A stretch of 64,000 bases of DNA from Eledone cirrhosa (GCA_964016885.1 OZ024741.1:238576001-238640000); one strand, 5' to 3'; shown: positions 38,576 to 53,281, counted from the stretch's first letter. A program made the numbers and translations. Notes: generated from the sequence alone by a model not told the origin.

Positions 38576-39340
38576 ACTAGCATTAAAGCCCGGCGTTGCT
38601 CGGGGTCAGTAAGTTACCAAAGTTAGGTTGCACCACCCATTTTATGGCAGCACTTTTTTGTCTGCCAGGCACTGGGTGAATGAATTGCAGACCTGGACTG
38701 CCGAAGCAGGAGCTGCGCCAGCAGTTATAATTGTAGTTTCGCCTATGGATATTATCTCTGTGCAAAGAAGTGTTGAAATTTACAGTTGGGCAGCTGTTAT
38801 AATTTCTTTTGTTCCATATTTCATTGCTGAAAGTCAATTTTTCCCTGCTTCTAGTGTCATGTGTTGTACATTTACATACATAATCTGTTGTCTATTCAAT
38901 TCTAGTTGTAAATTTTCACATATGTGTCCCTTTTGGTTGAAAGACACTTGTAAATTTTCCCTGTCAAGTCTTTATTTTGTTATCTCACATGCATCACACC
39001 AAATAGAGCAGACTTCATTCTGTTGTGCAAACTGGCATTACAAGTGCAGTACCACCTTAATGCATGAAACTGCCATAAGGTGGCTGATGAGGTAACGATG
39101 CATTTGTCTGTACATGTTGTGTAATTGTGTGCATTTTCTACCAATATATACAGCTTGATAACGTCTGTCTTCCCTATTTGGTGGCTATTGCGGTCCTGTT
39201 CAGTTTGCTGTATTTGGAGGATGGGTTATGGGTTGGTTTAGCTGGAGTCATGAGTTCAGGTTGGTGTTCAGTTTAGGGTGTTTGCTAACTGTTTTGTGGA
39301 TTGATTGGAGCGATAACAATCTTATTTACATATATATATA
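38576..39340 (+). mobile_element. Helitron/Helentron-like non-autonomous element
   Basis: ACTAGC..AGCCCGGCGTTGCTCGGG 5' hairpin; ends CTTATTTACATATATAT. Confidence 0.5.
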
Positions 39341-39934
39341 TGTATTTTACTTGGGAGGATCATGCTGCCAATAAAAACATGCGCACCAGTTGAATTTCAC
39401 TTTGATTTTATTATTAGTCAAGTAACTAATCCATTCGTTAATTAGTTTATTAACTGAACATTATTTAATTGTCAAAGCACTTTCATCATTCATTCTAAGA
39501 TCTTTTTGTCTCCTTTTCATTTTCATTTTGTTTTATTTACTCCATTTTGTCTATCTATCAGTTTCTGTGTGTTTTTATTGGCAGCATGGTCCTCCCAAAA
39601 TATAACAATATCAGTATCAACAAACAATTTCACATAAAAAATCTTGCAAAACAAATGCAAAAACAAATATGTATGTATATGTGTTCCAATGCCTGTATTT
39701 GTGTTGACACCACTTAACAATTGGTGCTATTTGTTTATGTCCTGTAACTTAGCAGTTTGAGAATAGTTTGATAAAATAAGTACCAGAATTATAAATATGT
39801 TCTTGAGTCAGTATGATTGACAAAATCTCCTTTAAGATGGTGACCCAGCATGCACTCAGTCCAAATGACTGAAAAGCAGTTAAACAATAAAAGAATATTA
39901 CATTACTAAAAATAGAAATATCCTTTATATAAAT

Positions 39935-40009
<75 letters not shown>

Positions 40010-40135
40010 GTAGGAGGTGAGTTTTATTGTAGTACAATAAAGCAATGCAGATATCGGATAAGAAGCACTCTACAGTTTGTGGGACTGGAGTATGCATAAT
40101 ATAAGATCAAAAGATGGTTAAAGGAGTTCCATATA

Positions 40136-40202
40136 TTTTATTATGCGCATTTCAAAAACAAACATCATCAAACAATAATATTTGTGTTTTCATCAGATAA
40201 AA
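40136..40202 (-). ncRNA. Minimal type-I hammerhead ribozyme (left-arm copy)
   Basis: Reverse complement of 41675-41741. Confidence 0.8.
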
Positions 40203-41674
40203 CAGGAGAACATGATATGAAGGCTAAAAAACACTTGTTGATAGTGCAGTTTTAAATCAACATATGAAAAGTGGTTTTAGATTGATGTGTGATATTGGGA
40301 AAAATATTTTATTTAGAGAGGGGGGGGGGAAAGGATGAAAAGGGAAGGAGATGAGAGGGAGAGATGGGTGATAGAGAGAAAGAGATAGTTTTTATAACTG
40401 AGAGGAGATATATTTTATATAGAGGGGTTGAAAACCGTTGGAAGATACTGTATAAATTAAAAATTTTGAAAATTAACGAAGGGAGGATATGTGCGAGGAA
40501 AAAATATTTTATTTAGGGAGGGGGGGGTTGGAAAGGATGAAAAAAAGGGGAGGAGATGAGAGTGAAGGTGGAAAGGGAGAGATGGGTGATAGAGAGAAAG
40601 AGATAGTTTTTATAACTGAGAAAAAGATATAATGTTTTAATATAGAGAGGTTGGGAACCGTTGGAAGATAATGTATAAATTAAAGGAATTTGAAAATTAA
40701 CGAAGGGAAATTATGTATGAAGATAGAGAGAAAAAATAATAATTGTGGGTGAATATTCTAACGTCAAAAGAAGAAATGTATGTATTGTGGGAATTTCAAA
40801 ATTAGCAAAGAGAAAAAAAAGTTTATGTGTAGAAGGATTTGAGAAAAATAATGTGAAGTTAAAGTTTGTATATTGAATTCATATGTATTAATAATGAGTT
40901 CGTTGATGGGGAGAAAAAAAATAATAATAAATTAAGGATGAAATTGAGATTAAAAAGATTTATGATAGAGAGAAAAAAATTATTAATACATATGAATTCA
41001 ATATACAAACTTTAACTTCACATTATTTTTCTCAAATCCTTCTACACATAAACTTTTTTTTCTCTTTGCTAATTTTGAAATTCCCACAATACATACATTT
41101 CTTCTTTTGACGTTAGAATATTCACCCACAATTATTATTTTTTCTCTCTATCTTCATACATAATTTCCCTTCGTTAATTTTCAAATTCCTTTAATTTATA
41201 CATTATCTTCCAACGGTTCCCAACCTCTCTATATTAAAACATTATATCTTTTTCTCAGTTATAAAAACTATCTCTTTCTCTCTATCACCCATCTCTCCCT
41301 TTCCACCTTCACTCTCATCTCCTCCCCTTTTTTTCATCCTTTCCAACCCCCCCCCCTCCCTAAATAAAATATTTTTTCCTCGCACATATCCTCCCTTCGT
41401 TAATTTTCAAAATTTTTAATTTATACAGTATCTTCCAACGGTTTTCAACCCCTCTATATAAAATATATCTCCTCTCAGTTATAAAAACTATCTCTTTCTC
41501 TCTATCACCCATCTCTCCCTCTCATCTCCTTCCCTTTTCATCCTTTTCTCCCCCCCCTCTCTAAATAAAATATTTTTCCCAATATCACACATCAATCTAA
41601 AACCACTTTTCATATGTTGATTTAAAACTGCACTATCAACAAGTGTTTTTTAGCCTTCATATCATGTTCTCCTG

Positions 41675-41741
41675 TTTTATCTGATGAAAACACAAATATT
41701 ATTGTTTGATGATGTTTGTTTTTGAAATGCGCATAATAAAA
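41675..41741 (+). ncRNA. Minimal type-I hammerhead ribozyme (right-arm copy)
   Basis: Stem I TTTTAT/ATAAAA; CTGATGA 41681-41687; long stem II; GAAA 41724-41727; palindromic stem III ATGCGCAT; AUA cleavage triplet ending 41735. Confidence 0.8.
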
Positions 41742-41773
41742 TATATGGAACTCCTTTAACCATCTTTTGATCT

Positions 41774-41805
<32 letters not shown>

Positions 41806-44800
41806 CAGTAGCTTAAAAATGGCCTGTGTAGTCCTGGCGATGCACACTTGTATCCAGCTATTGAAAAAAATGGACTATTCATTGATTTGCACCAGGGTTC
41901 AAGCCCCTGCCTTAGCTGATGTTCCTGAAACTCACATCTTATCCTCCGAGACCAATGACAGATCAGTCTTCAACCTGGACTCATCTAGGCAGACTGTTCT
42001 CAATAGAGCAGAAGGTAGATCAAAACCTCTCCTAAAGTGTAAACATCCCACTCACTTTAGTACATTCAACCCTTGGTCCTCTTGGAAGACTTGATAAGCT
42101 AGTACTGAGTGCTAAATCCAATGCTATTGACATCATCAGTCTTCAAGAGCATAGACATTTCCATCCTGATGTAGACCTAAAGTTTACAAAATCTAACAAT
42201 TTCCAGCTTGTCACTGCCTCTGTATACAAAAACTCCAATAATGCCACCATTGGTGGAGTTGGTATGCTTCTCTCAAGGGGGTGTGAGAATCTCATCAACA
42301 TTTAAAAGATAGGTGATAGAATAATGGTTGCCAAGTTCAATTCAAATCCCAAACTCACATTTATATCTTGCTATAGCCCAACAAATAGCAGTGATGAAGA
42401 AACTACTGCCAGTTTCTATTAAGCTCTGAGATCGGTCATTGAAAACGTCCCAGCCCATAATTTTCTTACTATTGCAGGTGACTTCAATGCCAAACTAAGC
42501 CCTGACAATGCAAAATTCACCTTCAACACCAAAACAAACTGAAATGGTGAGAAGCTTCTCCAATTCCTTGACGAATTTGAACTCTTCTAGTCTACAAATA
42601 GCTTAATGAAAAAGCAATCCAAGCTCTGGTCATTCACCTACCCTAATGGTAGTAGAGCTCAATTGGATTATATCCTATTTTTGAAAAACAGTGTATGCAA
42701 CTCTGAAACCTTCTCCAACGTGGGATCTGATCACAGGATTGTCTCTTCCAAAGTTACTCTTAGCCTTCGTGCTCTTAAGAAAGTTCCTGCTGAGCCTATG
42801 AAACAAATTGACTGGAGGTTAGAGTCATCAAATAAGGAGCTCTTCAGCCGGTATGCAATTAGTTCTCTGAACTATCCTGTACTGATGATTGCATTGAGAC
42901 TAAATACACCAACCTAATTATTGCAAATAAGGGAGTTGCTCTTTCCAGCTTACCCAAAAAGACCAAAAGGAAGCTCACAAAATTGAGCTCACATATCTTA
43001 GTATCCTCAGCGTGCAAAAAACTGCAAAGTCTTTTTTCTCTGTACAACTTAAATCCAACTAATTTACTGAAAAGGGAAATGACCCAATGCAAAAAAGACC
43101 TTGATGAGGCATACACTACTACTCTTGCAGAGTATGTAGAATGAAAAAATAAACAAACTTAAGACCCTTCATATAAACTAACAGCATGGGCTTTAATCAA
43201 CAAAAGAACTGGCAGAAAAGAAAAACCTTCACCCATCATCAAAGGCGGCTCTCAAGAAGCTAGGAAAAAGAGCTGGACTGACCACTTTAACCATCTACTG
43301 GGTGAACCATCTCCTGTAGAAGGCGATCTCCCAAAGTATGTGGTATCACCTGAACTTGACATCTCCACCGGACTTTTCACCTTGAGTGTGATCAACCAGG
43401 TGATCAAAACACTTAAAAACAAAAAAAATCACCCAGTCTCGACAACATACCCAGTATAATTTGGAAAGACCCAAACCATACTTCAGTCCTATTATCAATC
43501 TGCAACGACAACTTAAGCAACAAAATTCCTCCAACAAGTTGACTAAAAGCAGGCATAGTTCCTGTCCTCCAAAGAGGCGACTGCTCATCCCCCCAAAACT
43601 ACCGAGGAATATCACTTATCCCCATTGCTGCCAAGATCTACAACAAGCTACTCATCAACCGTATAGTTCCGTATGTTGATCCAATCCTTTGCATCAACCA
43701 AAACAGTTTTAGGTGTGGTAGATCTACACTTGCACAGATTTTGGCCTTGAGAAGAGTAGTGGAGATGAGAAACTCCAACAGATAAATGGCTCTAGTTTTT
43801 GTTGACTTTATAAAAGCTTTTGACAGCATAAACAGAGACATTCTGTTTTAAATTCTACCCTTGTATGGCATACTAGCAAGACTTGTGGAAGCAATTAAGG
43901 CTCTGTATCTCAACACAAGTGCCACTATCATCACCCCTGATGGCCCAACAGAGTTCTTTGACATCTCACCAGGAGTGCTGCAGGGTGACACTCTTGCCCC
44001 ATTCCTCTTTATCATTGCACTAGACTATGCTCTGAGATTCTCAATTGACAAAATCAATTACAAAGGTATAACCATCAAACCCCGCATGAGCTCTAGACAC
44101 CCTTCTAATCATCTCACTGACCTTGACTTTGTGGATGACATTGCACTTCTTGCAGATTGCCTAGAAAATGTACAACAACCAGCCTCCCTTGTTGGCCTTC
44201 ATCTCAACGAGGGTAAAACAGAATACATATCAAACTGTACAGGCAACAGCATCAAAGCAATCAATGGCTGTGATATCAAACAAATCGAGGATTTCAAGTA
44301 TCTTGGGTCCTGGATCATGGACTCTGAGAAGGATTTTGCCACCAGAAAGGCCCAAGCATGGTCAGCTTGCAACAAGCTGGCTTGAGTTTGGCGCTCAAAT
44401 CTTTCCAACCACACCAAAGTCAGACTCTTTCAAGTAACAATTCAACCAATCTTGCTATATGGAAGTAAAACATGGACTCTTTCATCCAAACAACAAAGGC
44501 ACCTTGATGGCACTTACACTCGCCTGCTTCAACGCATTCAGAACATAAACTGTCGACATCTGCCTTTGAGAGAGATATATGCTGGCCTCCCATGTATATC
44601 TGTCGTTGTATGTAAAAGGAAAGTAAGATTTGCTGGCCACTGCCATCGTGCCATCTATGAGGCTGTGTCCCCATTAGTGCTTTGGAAACCACAAGCAGTC
44701 ACTAATAACAGGAGGTGCAAGTTCTCCTACCTTGATGTCATCTCCAGAGATTCTGGTGTTGAAATCCAGGACTTGGCAACGGCAATGAACAACAGATCCA

Positions 44801-44850
44801 TGAGGAGATCCATTGTTGAGTCCATTTCGGCTGAGGCCGCCGGATGATGC
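41806..44850 (+). mobile_element. Near full-length degenerate RTE-clade LINE (single APE-RT ORF) between TA tracts
   Basis: DIISLQEHR, CYSPTN, AGDFNAK, QLDYI, GSDHR (APE); FVDFIKAFDS, GVLQGDTLAPFLF, DFVDDIALL, FKYLGS (RT); many stops. Confidence 0.93.
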
Positions 44851-44867
44851 TATATATATTTATATAT

Positions 44868-45025
44868 AATTGTTTCTACGTTTGGCACAAGGCCAGCAAT
44901 TACCCAGTGCATTACTGGTACTTTATTTTATCGACTCCATAAGGATGAAAGGCAAAGTTAACCTCGGCGGGATTTGAACTCAGAATAGCAAGGGCCGTAA
45001 CTCTATACGTCAAAGCATACACTGA
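44868..45025 (-). mobile_element. SINE family A
   Basis: Reverse complement of family A body and tail. Confidence 0.85.
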
Positions 45026-48000
45026 CACACACATACTGTTAGGAAGGATTTTAAAATTATTTTAACCTTTAATTAACAAATATATAAACATTTAACTTGA
45101 AAATAGATTTTGAAATGGACACAAGTCGAAAATGGGAAATCAATTCTTTTATTGTATAATTCACCAAATTGTGAAAACATTTCCTATAAAAACGTTCTTT
45201 CTGGAGATATTTAAAATATCTTTTCATTCTGAAAGTAATGCTTGCATTTACCAAACTTTCTGGAAATAAAAATGTTTTATAAATAAAAAATCTTATTTTG
45301 AAATAATTGATTTGATAAAATTACACAATATCAAATATCAGAAAATAAAAATAATTGAAAATTTGAGTTGTCAGCTTTCCTTTGAAGCTTCAATTTACAT
45401 GATCTCTAACATGTTTAAAATTAGAAACATTGGCTTACATTGTAAACAATGTTCATTTATAATATCCATAAATGATCCTATTAAAATCCATGTTAAATTG
45501 ACATCTTCCATTTAAATGTTTATAAAAAATCATTGAAAATACACAGAGTTCATTTTCAGTCAAAGTTTGTGTGAGATGGTCATCTTCATTCAATATATAA
45601 TTGTGATTATTAGTGTTAAAAAATTTCAACTTGAAACAAAATCACAGAATTGCCACACATATGCTCATAAGCATAATCTCAACGAGCCAACCTCTATATG
45701 GTTTTTCAACCTCTTAGAAATAGCAGCCAAATCTTCCTAACATCATACCCTACCATCTTTTAAAAGGTTTCATTAGATAAATGTAGGAAAAAGATGGTAT
45801 GGTCATGGCTAGAATGACTTTCATTCCAAGTCTGCTCAATCATGGCTGACTTAGGGGGAAATAATAAAACATATGTACACACGATTTCATATGTATAATT
45901 TACACTCCTATGTACACAAATACTCAACTGCAGACACATTTCTATGTACACTTACATTCGTATGTACACACACATTCATATGTACATATATACTCAAATG
46001 TACACACACTCATGTATACACACACATGTTCACACATATTCATAAGTACACATGCTCAAATCTATATACACTTTCAAAAGTATACATATACACAAATGTA
46101 CACACTCACACATTCACAAAGTACTGACCCATAGATATAATTATTATATACATTACTACTATTATAATTTATTATTTAAAAAGTAACTTGATTAATGCCA
46201 TATTAAGTCTGTTATAACATGATAACCCTAACCATAACCCAAAATTTAAGATTTCTTTTTACAAAAACATTACAACACAAATGTGGAAAACGAAAAATAT
46301 TCCTTTAAATGACAGCTTTTGTTATACAGAAAAACATACTGTATATTATTCTAAATTTCATATAGTAAATCTAGAATATACAACTGAAAGGACAATAACC
46401 CTAATATGGACTTGTAACTCCTAGTGGAGTCATAGAGGAGTTGTAGTAATGGGTATTTTAAACTTGACAGAGCCCACTGCTTTCGAGGTCTGAACACAGC
46501 CAATTTCTTCCGGAGAAGGAGTGTAGCAGAACTACTTCATACCTTGCAGTAACAATATTTCATATGTGATTTGGTTAAACAAACCAATCGTATTAGATCG
46601 CGTATGAATACATTGTCGCATCCCCCTCGTAAAACCTCCTAGCTTATCAGAGAGATGACCCTGGACAGCAAAATGAGAAGACATACTATAGAGTAGTGCC
46701 TACATATTCCTCGTATTTTCCTGTGAAGAGGAACTAAATATTTATCAATGAGACATATTCAACATCTCGGGAATTGTTCTATTACGGTATGTTTTCAACA
46801 TGAGATATTCAAAATTTCTTGTTTTGTTCTAGGAAGTATCGACCTAGCATCAACCTCATGGCCAGTAATTGCTTTCATTTCTTATATCCTCCTGTGTATA
46901 TAAATTCGGCCTTCTAACAATAAATATGTGTTTATATCGAATTGAGTGTTAAAAAAGATAATTATTTATACATGGATGTCAGAAGCCTGTTGTTGCAAGT
47001 AAAAGAAGAAGGACTACAATGACCAATGTATTTCCTTAAAGCCTCCTCTAGAGGGAATTAAATTATACAATTGTTTGTGATAAACAAGGTCTATAAATGT
47101 TTCAACCTGTAATTAATAAAAGGTATAAATAGGCATTTGACTCTCTTTTCATTATAAAAGTAACAGAGAGGAAGTGAGAAAGCGATAGAGAGGAAAAGTC
47201 AACACCAGTACTGGACTGATACTTTTATTGACCACAAAACATGAAAAAACAAAGTTAATCTTGGTGTTTTGAACTCAGAGTACAGAGAGCCAGAATGAAT
47301 ACCACTAAGCATTCTGCCATTTTAACAACTCAGCTAGTAACCATAATATCTTAAATATAAATATATTACATTTGCACATGACCCCAACATTTTAGAGAAA
47401 CACTATAGTTAATTAAATTAATTCTACTATATGACTTATTTTGACCCTGGAGAGATAAAAAGATTATGGCAATCACTGCAGTAATTGTACACAGAGCATT
47501 CTAGCATTGAAATAAAAATGTTGGGTATCTGGTTTGGCAGTCTACTGATTCTTACCTTCATATCCCTCTCAGTAACTAAGATATTATTTTAAGGATAAAT
47601 TTTACAGAGACTTTTATTATTATATATCAATATTTTTCCATTGCAATTCATTTAAAAACTGCATGTCTTAAACAACAAATCAATAGATTACAATAATTGT
47701 ATGTATGTATGTATGTATGTATGTGTGTGTGTGTGTCAGGGCAAAATTCTAGGAGAAGGAAAACTCTGATATAACACCTGCAACCCTGATGGTATCCAAT
47801 GATGTTGACTTGTTCTTCTTTTTGGTAAATATCATCTTGGTTAAGAGAGTGGGACTGGCTTTGTGCAGTGCCTTTGCTCACTATAAGAGCTTCACGGCAC
47901 AGGCATTGCTTTATATCTGGAGATCGCTCTGCACTTGTTGTCACATGGTACTATGGGCCCAGCACTGTGTCAATAATTGTCACAAGTGTAGTGTTTGTAC

Positions 48001-48214
48001 CAGAGCGCATCGGTAGGGGTTCTCCTACATGGATATAAAGTGGTGGCCGTACTCGAAAACGAGTTGGCAGCCACCATGTATGTATGTACGTACACACATA
48101 TTGTCATCATCATGATCATTTAACGCCTATCTGCCACGCTAACATGGGTTAGACGGGAATTGTCCCACATATAATGTGTGTGTGTATGTATGCATGTATG
48201 TACATGTATACTTG

Positions 48215-49492
48215 CAATTTAGAAGCTCTAGTAAAGACTTTAATCTACAACGTTTTAACACCAATTCCAAAACATTTGGCACACTTGTCAGAGAGTTCTT
48301 CTATGCTGATGATGCAGATTTTGTGGCTCACACAGAAGAGGCCATGCAGTTGATATTGAACATGTTCTTCAATGCATTCACTGCATTTAGGCTAAATATT
48401 AGCATAAAAAAGATAAAGGCTATATACACTCCACCAGTTGGGGAAATGTATGTGAAGCCAGACATTTTTGTGGGAGGAAAAAGACTTGAAGTGGTGGATA
48501 GCTTTGTGTATCTCTGAAGTACTTTTAGTAGAGATGGTACCCTTGATGCTGAAATAAATCACAGGATTGTGAAAGCGAGTCTTGCCTTTGAGAAATGAGT
48601 CTGGTCAGATTGAGGTATCATGAGAGACATAAAGCTCTCTGTGTATGAGCCCTGTATTTTTACAGACCTGCTATATGGATGAAAATGAGGACAACTTACA
48701 GGTATCATATCAAGTAGCTGGAAAGGTTCCATCAGTATTGTATCCAACGCATCCTAAATATCAAGTAGTCCTCTTATAAACCTGATGCTGCAGTTTTTGA
48801 GAAAGTGGGCAGCTCCAGTATTGAGAGGATGATTATTATGAACCAGATGTGTTGTGCTGGTCATGTGGTCAGGATAAAAGATGGAAGACTGCCCAAACAG
48901 TTATTTTATGGAGAGCTGACCAGAGGGAAAAGGCCACAGCATAAACCAAAGAAGCAGTTTAGGGATGTCATAAAAGACAATCTTAAAGCTCTGAAGATAA
49001 ATATGGATAACTGGGAGGCATTGGCTGAAGGCCGAACATTATGGAGAATGATCATTAAGTATGGATGTGATGCTTTTGAGAAAAAGTGAGTGGAATATGC
49101 TGCTTTGAAGCATTCGTTCTGTGAATGGGGCCCAAATGAAGCGCTTGCAAAAATCCAGGTGGAAGATTTTAAGAGCTGGATTCATCAACCATCTAAAATC
49201 ACATGAGCCAGGGAGAAATTGAGTGACTTATGAAATGGCTTTACTGCCATGCACTCCACATTACATTTGCAATGAGTGTAGTTTAATTTGAAAGTCAGCT
49301 GGTAGGCTGACCATAATGGTAGAATTCATAAAGACACACCCCAGCCAGTAATGCCAGGTGACAGACAGTTCAAGTGTCACATCTGTTAACGTGCTTGCAA
49401 AACAAACACTGATTTGAAAAGTCACTTGCATGCAAAATAATCGTGCAATGTTCAATAAAGGGATGGTACTCTTCTAATAAGAAGCAGCAATC
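48215..49492 (+). mobile_element. RTE/BovB-like LINE 3' half with C-terminal Zn-finger remnants
   Basis: FYADDAD, VVDSFVYL, GHVVRIKDGRLPKQLFYGEL; downstream CNEC and CHIC..LKSH remnants. Confidence 0.88.
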
Positions 49493-49635
49493 AACATATA
49501 TATGTATGTGTGTATATGTAAATATATATGTGATTGTGTTTGTTTTTCATCCTGCAGAACATTCAAATTCACCTTCCTCACCAAGCAAGCTTGGTGGGGT
49601 TCTGGTTTAGCTGCCGACGACTTGACCATGTACAT

Positions 49636-49668
<33 letters not shown>

Positions 49669-49839
49669 TGGAGCGAGAAACTCCTAGTCTTCGTTAAGAC
49701 ATCTTTTTAGGAGAAGGTCACTCTGATATAAAACGTGCGACTTCGTTTGCATCTGATGATCTTTTGGGACAAATGCATTTGATGCTCAGAGAGCGGGATT
49801 AGCCCCACGCAGAGCCTTTCCTCACTTTGGCAGTAAGGG

Positions 49840-50010
49840 TAGAGGGTCGGACGCCATACTTTGACGTATAGAGTTACGGCCCTTGCCATTCTGAGTTAGA
49901 ATCCCGCCAAGGTTAACTTTGCCTTTCATCCTTACGGGGTCGATAAAATAAAGTACCAGTAATGCACTGGTTAATTGCTGGCCTTGTGCCTAAGGTAGAA
50001 ACAATTATTT
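49840..50010 (+). mobile_element. SINE family A
   Basis: Family A body and tail. Confidence 0.85.
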
Positions 50011-50635
50011 GCGATGCATGGCATTGCTGGCCATAGGCAAGTATCTAGCAGGACTAAAAAGCTACATCTGTGATGCTCATCCTTAAGTATCAAGCGATAG
50101 CTTTACTCGAAATCGAGTTGCAGCCATCATCATCATATATGTATGATGTGTGTGTGTGTATGTGTGTGCGCGTGCGCACATATATGTAATTATAGGTCTT
50201 ACATTAAATGCAAAAGAATCAAGATATACGAAATATACCCTGGTTAGCTCCCCTTGACCACTTTGCATATTTATCAATACTCCAATATCTATTACCTCCC
50301 CTATTTAACACAAGATTTCTTTTCCCCTTTCTCCTTTCTCGTCTCTTTCACCCTCTTCACTCTGACTCCTCTCGTCACTCTAGTACATTACTAGAAATAC
50401 CATACGTTATACAACAAATAGGATGGGTTGGGGTCTCAATATGTAAACTAAATGACTAATTCCGATTTTTAAGAATAAATTAAATTATATAAAAGATACA
50501 GTAGCGAAAACCAACCAAACAGTGAGTGTGTTCTGTTATTAATTCTGGAAACATTATTACAACAATATGACTCTGCCCAAGTATAACAATATTTGTTTCG
50601 ACGCACGATTTCATATCAAAAGCCTCGCAAAACGA

Positions 50636-50636
<1 letters not shown>

Positions 50637-50717
<81 letters not shown>

Positions 50718-50744
50718 GTATGTATATATATATATATGTATATA

Positions 50745-50791
<47 letters not shown>

Positions 50792-51758
50792 ATATATATG
50801 TATATATGTATATATATATGTATATATATGTATATATATATATATGTATATATATGTATATATAAATATGTATATATATGTATATATATATATATATGTA
50901 TATATATGTATATATATATGTGTATATATGTATGTATATATATGTATACATATATGTATGTATATATATGTATATATATATGTATGTATATGTATATATA
51001 TATATGTATATATATATGTATGTATATATTTGTATATATATGTATATATTTGTATATATATGTATATATATATATGTATGTATATATTTGTATATATATG
51101 TATATATATATATGTATGATTATATATGCATGTATATATATGTGTATATATATGTATGTATATATATGTGCATATGTATATATATATATGTATATATATG
51201 TATATATATATGCATATATATATGTATGTGTATATATGTATATATATATGTATGTATATATATGTATATATATATGTGTATGTATATATATGTATATATA
51301 TGTATGTATATATATGTATATATATATGTTTATATGTATATGTATATATATATGTATATATATGTATATATATGTATACATATATATGTATATATATATA
51401 TGTATATATATATATGTAAATATGTATATATATATGTATATATATATATGTATATATATATATGTATATATGTATATATATATGTATATATATGTATATA
51501 TATATAAATGTATATATGTATATATATATGTATATATGTATATATATGTATATATGTATATATATGTAGATATATATATATGTATATATATATATGTATA
51601 TATATGTATAATATGTATGTATATGTATATATATATGTATATATATGTATATATATATGTATAATATGTATGTATATGTATATATATATGTATATATATG
51701 TATATATATATGTATATATGTATGTATATGTATGTATATGTATATATATATATGTATG

Positions 51759-51792
<34 letters not shown>

Positions 51793-52198
51793 TATATATA
51801 TATGTATATGTATATATATGTATATCTATTTATATCTATATATATGTATATATATAGGTATGTATATGCATGTATATGTATATATATAGGTATATATATG
51901 TATATGTATATATATATGTATATATATGCATATATATGTATATGTATATATATGTATATATATCTATATATGTGTATATATATATGTATATATATATGTA
52001 TATATATGAGTATATATATATGTATATATATATGTATATGTATATGTATATATATGCATATATATATATATGTATATATATGTATATATATGTATATATA
52101 TGTATATTGATATATATATATATATATGTATGTATATGTATATATATGTATATATATATGTATATATATGTATATATATATATATATGTATATATATG

Positions 52199-52230
<32 letters not shown>

Positions 52231-52300
52231 TATTTGTATATATATGTATATATATATATATATATGTATATATATGTGTATATATATATGTATATATATG

Positions 52301-52333
<33 letters not shown>

Positions 52334-52382
52334 GTATAGATATATATATATATATGTATATTGATATATATATATATGTATG

Positions 52383-52429
<47 letters not shown>

Positions 52430-52554
52430 GTATATATGTATATATATATATATATATCTATATATATATGTATATATGTATATATATATATGTATATCTA
52501 TATATATGTATATATGTATGTATTTATATGTATATATATATGTATATATATATG

Positions 52555-52585
<31 letters not shown>

Positions 52586-52754
52586 GTATATGTATATATA
52601 TATGTATATTTATATGTATATATATGTATATATATATATGTATTTATATGTATATATATGTATATATATGTATATATATATGTTTATATATGTATATATA
52701 TGTATATATATATGTTTATATATGTATATATGTGTGTATATATATGTGTATATA

Positions 52755-52799
<45 letters not shown>

Positions 52800-53126
52800 G
52801 TATATATATGTATGTATATATATGTATATACATGTATATATATATATGTATATATAGTATTAAGGATACTATTTATGGTTATGTATTAAGGATACTATTT
52901 ATGATACTATTCATGGTTATGAAAAGGAGGTCAAGTATGTTAAAAATCACTAAATAATTGCTCCGAAGACTCCAAACCTCGGTTTGGAAGAAACAATTGT
53001 AAGCAGATAAATGATTTAAACAGAACTTTGTTTCATGTATTCTCTATATATGTATATATATGTATATATATGTATGTATATATATGTATATATATGTATG
53101 TATATATATATGTATATATATATATG

Positions 53127-53169
<43 letters not shown>

Positions 53170-53210
53170 ATATATATATATGTATGTATATATGTATGTA
53201 CATACATATA

Positions 53211-53242
<32 letters not shown>

Positions 53243-53247
53243 CATAT

Positions 53248-53279
<32 letters not shown>

Positions 53280-53281
53280 AC

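Larger units (their letters stand above)
40096..41781. repeat. Near-perfect long palindrome (~800-bp arms, 83-bp spacer)
   Basis: 40096-40895 is the reverse complement of 40979-41781, with small differences near a poly-G; each arm has an internal ~200-bp direct duplication. Confidence 0.97.

Noticed and set aside
38628-39095. 155-aa ORF
   Set aside because: Lies inside a Helitron-like repeat; no motif or splice support.
47738-48076. Possible HDV-like ribozyme / RTE 5'UTR (AGGAGAAGGAAAACTCTGATATAA, also at ~49708)
   Set aside because: The shared short motif suggests an RTE leader, but the nested double pseudoknot could not be assembled by eye.
50570-50635. Minus-strand GAAA-CAAATATTG-TT hammerhead-like half
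   Set aside because: No CUGANGA core or stem I found.
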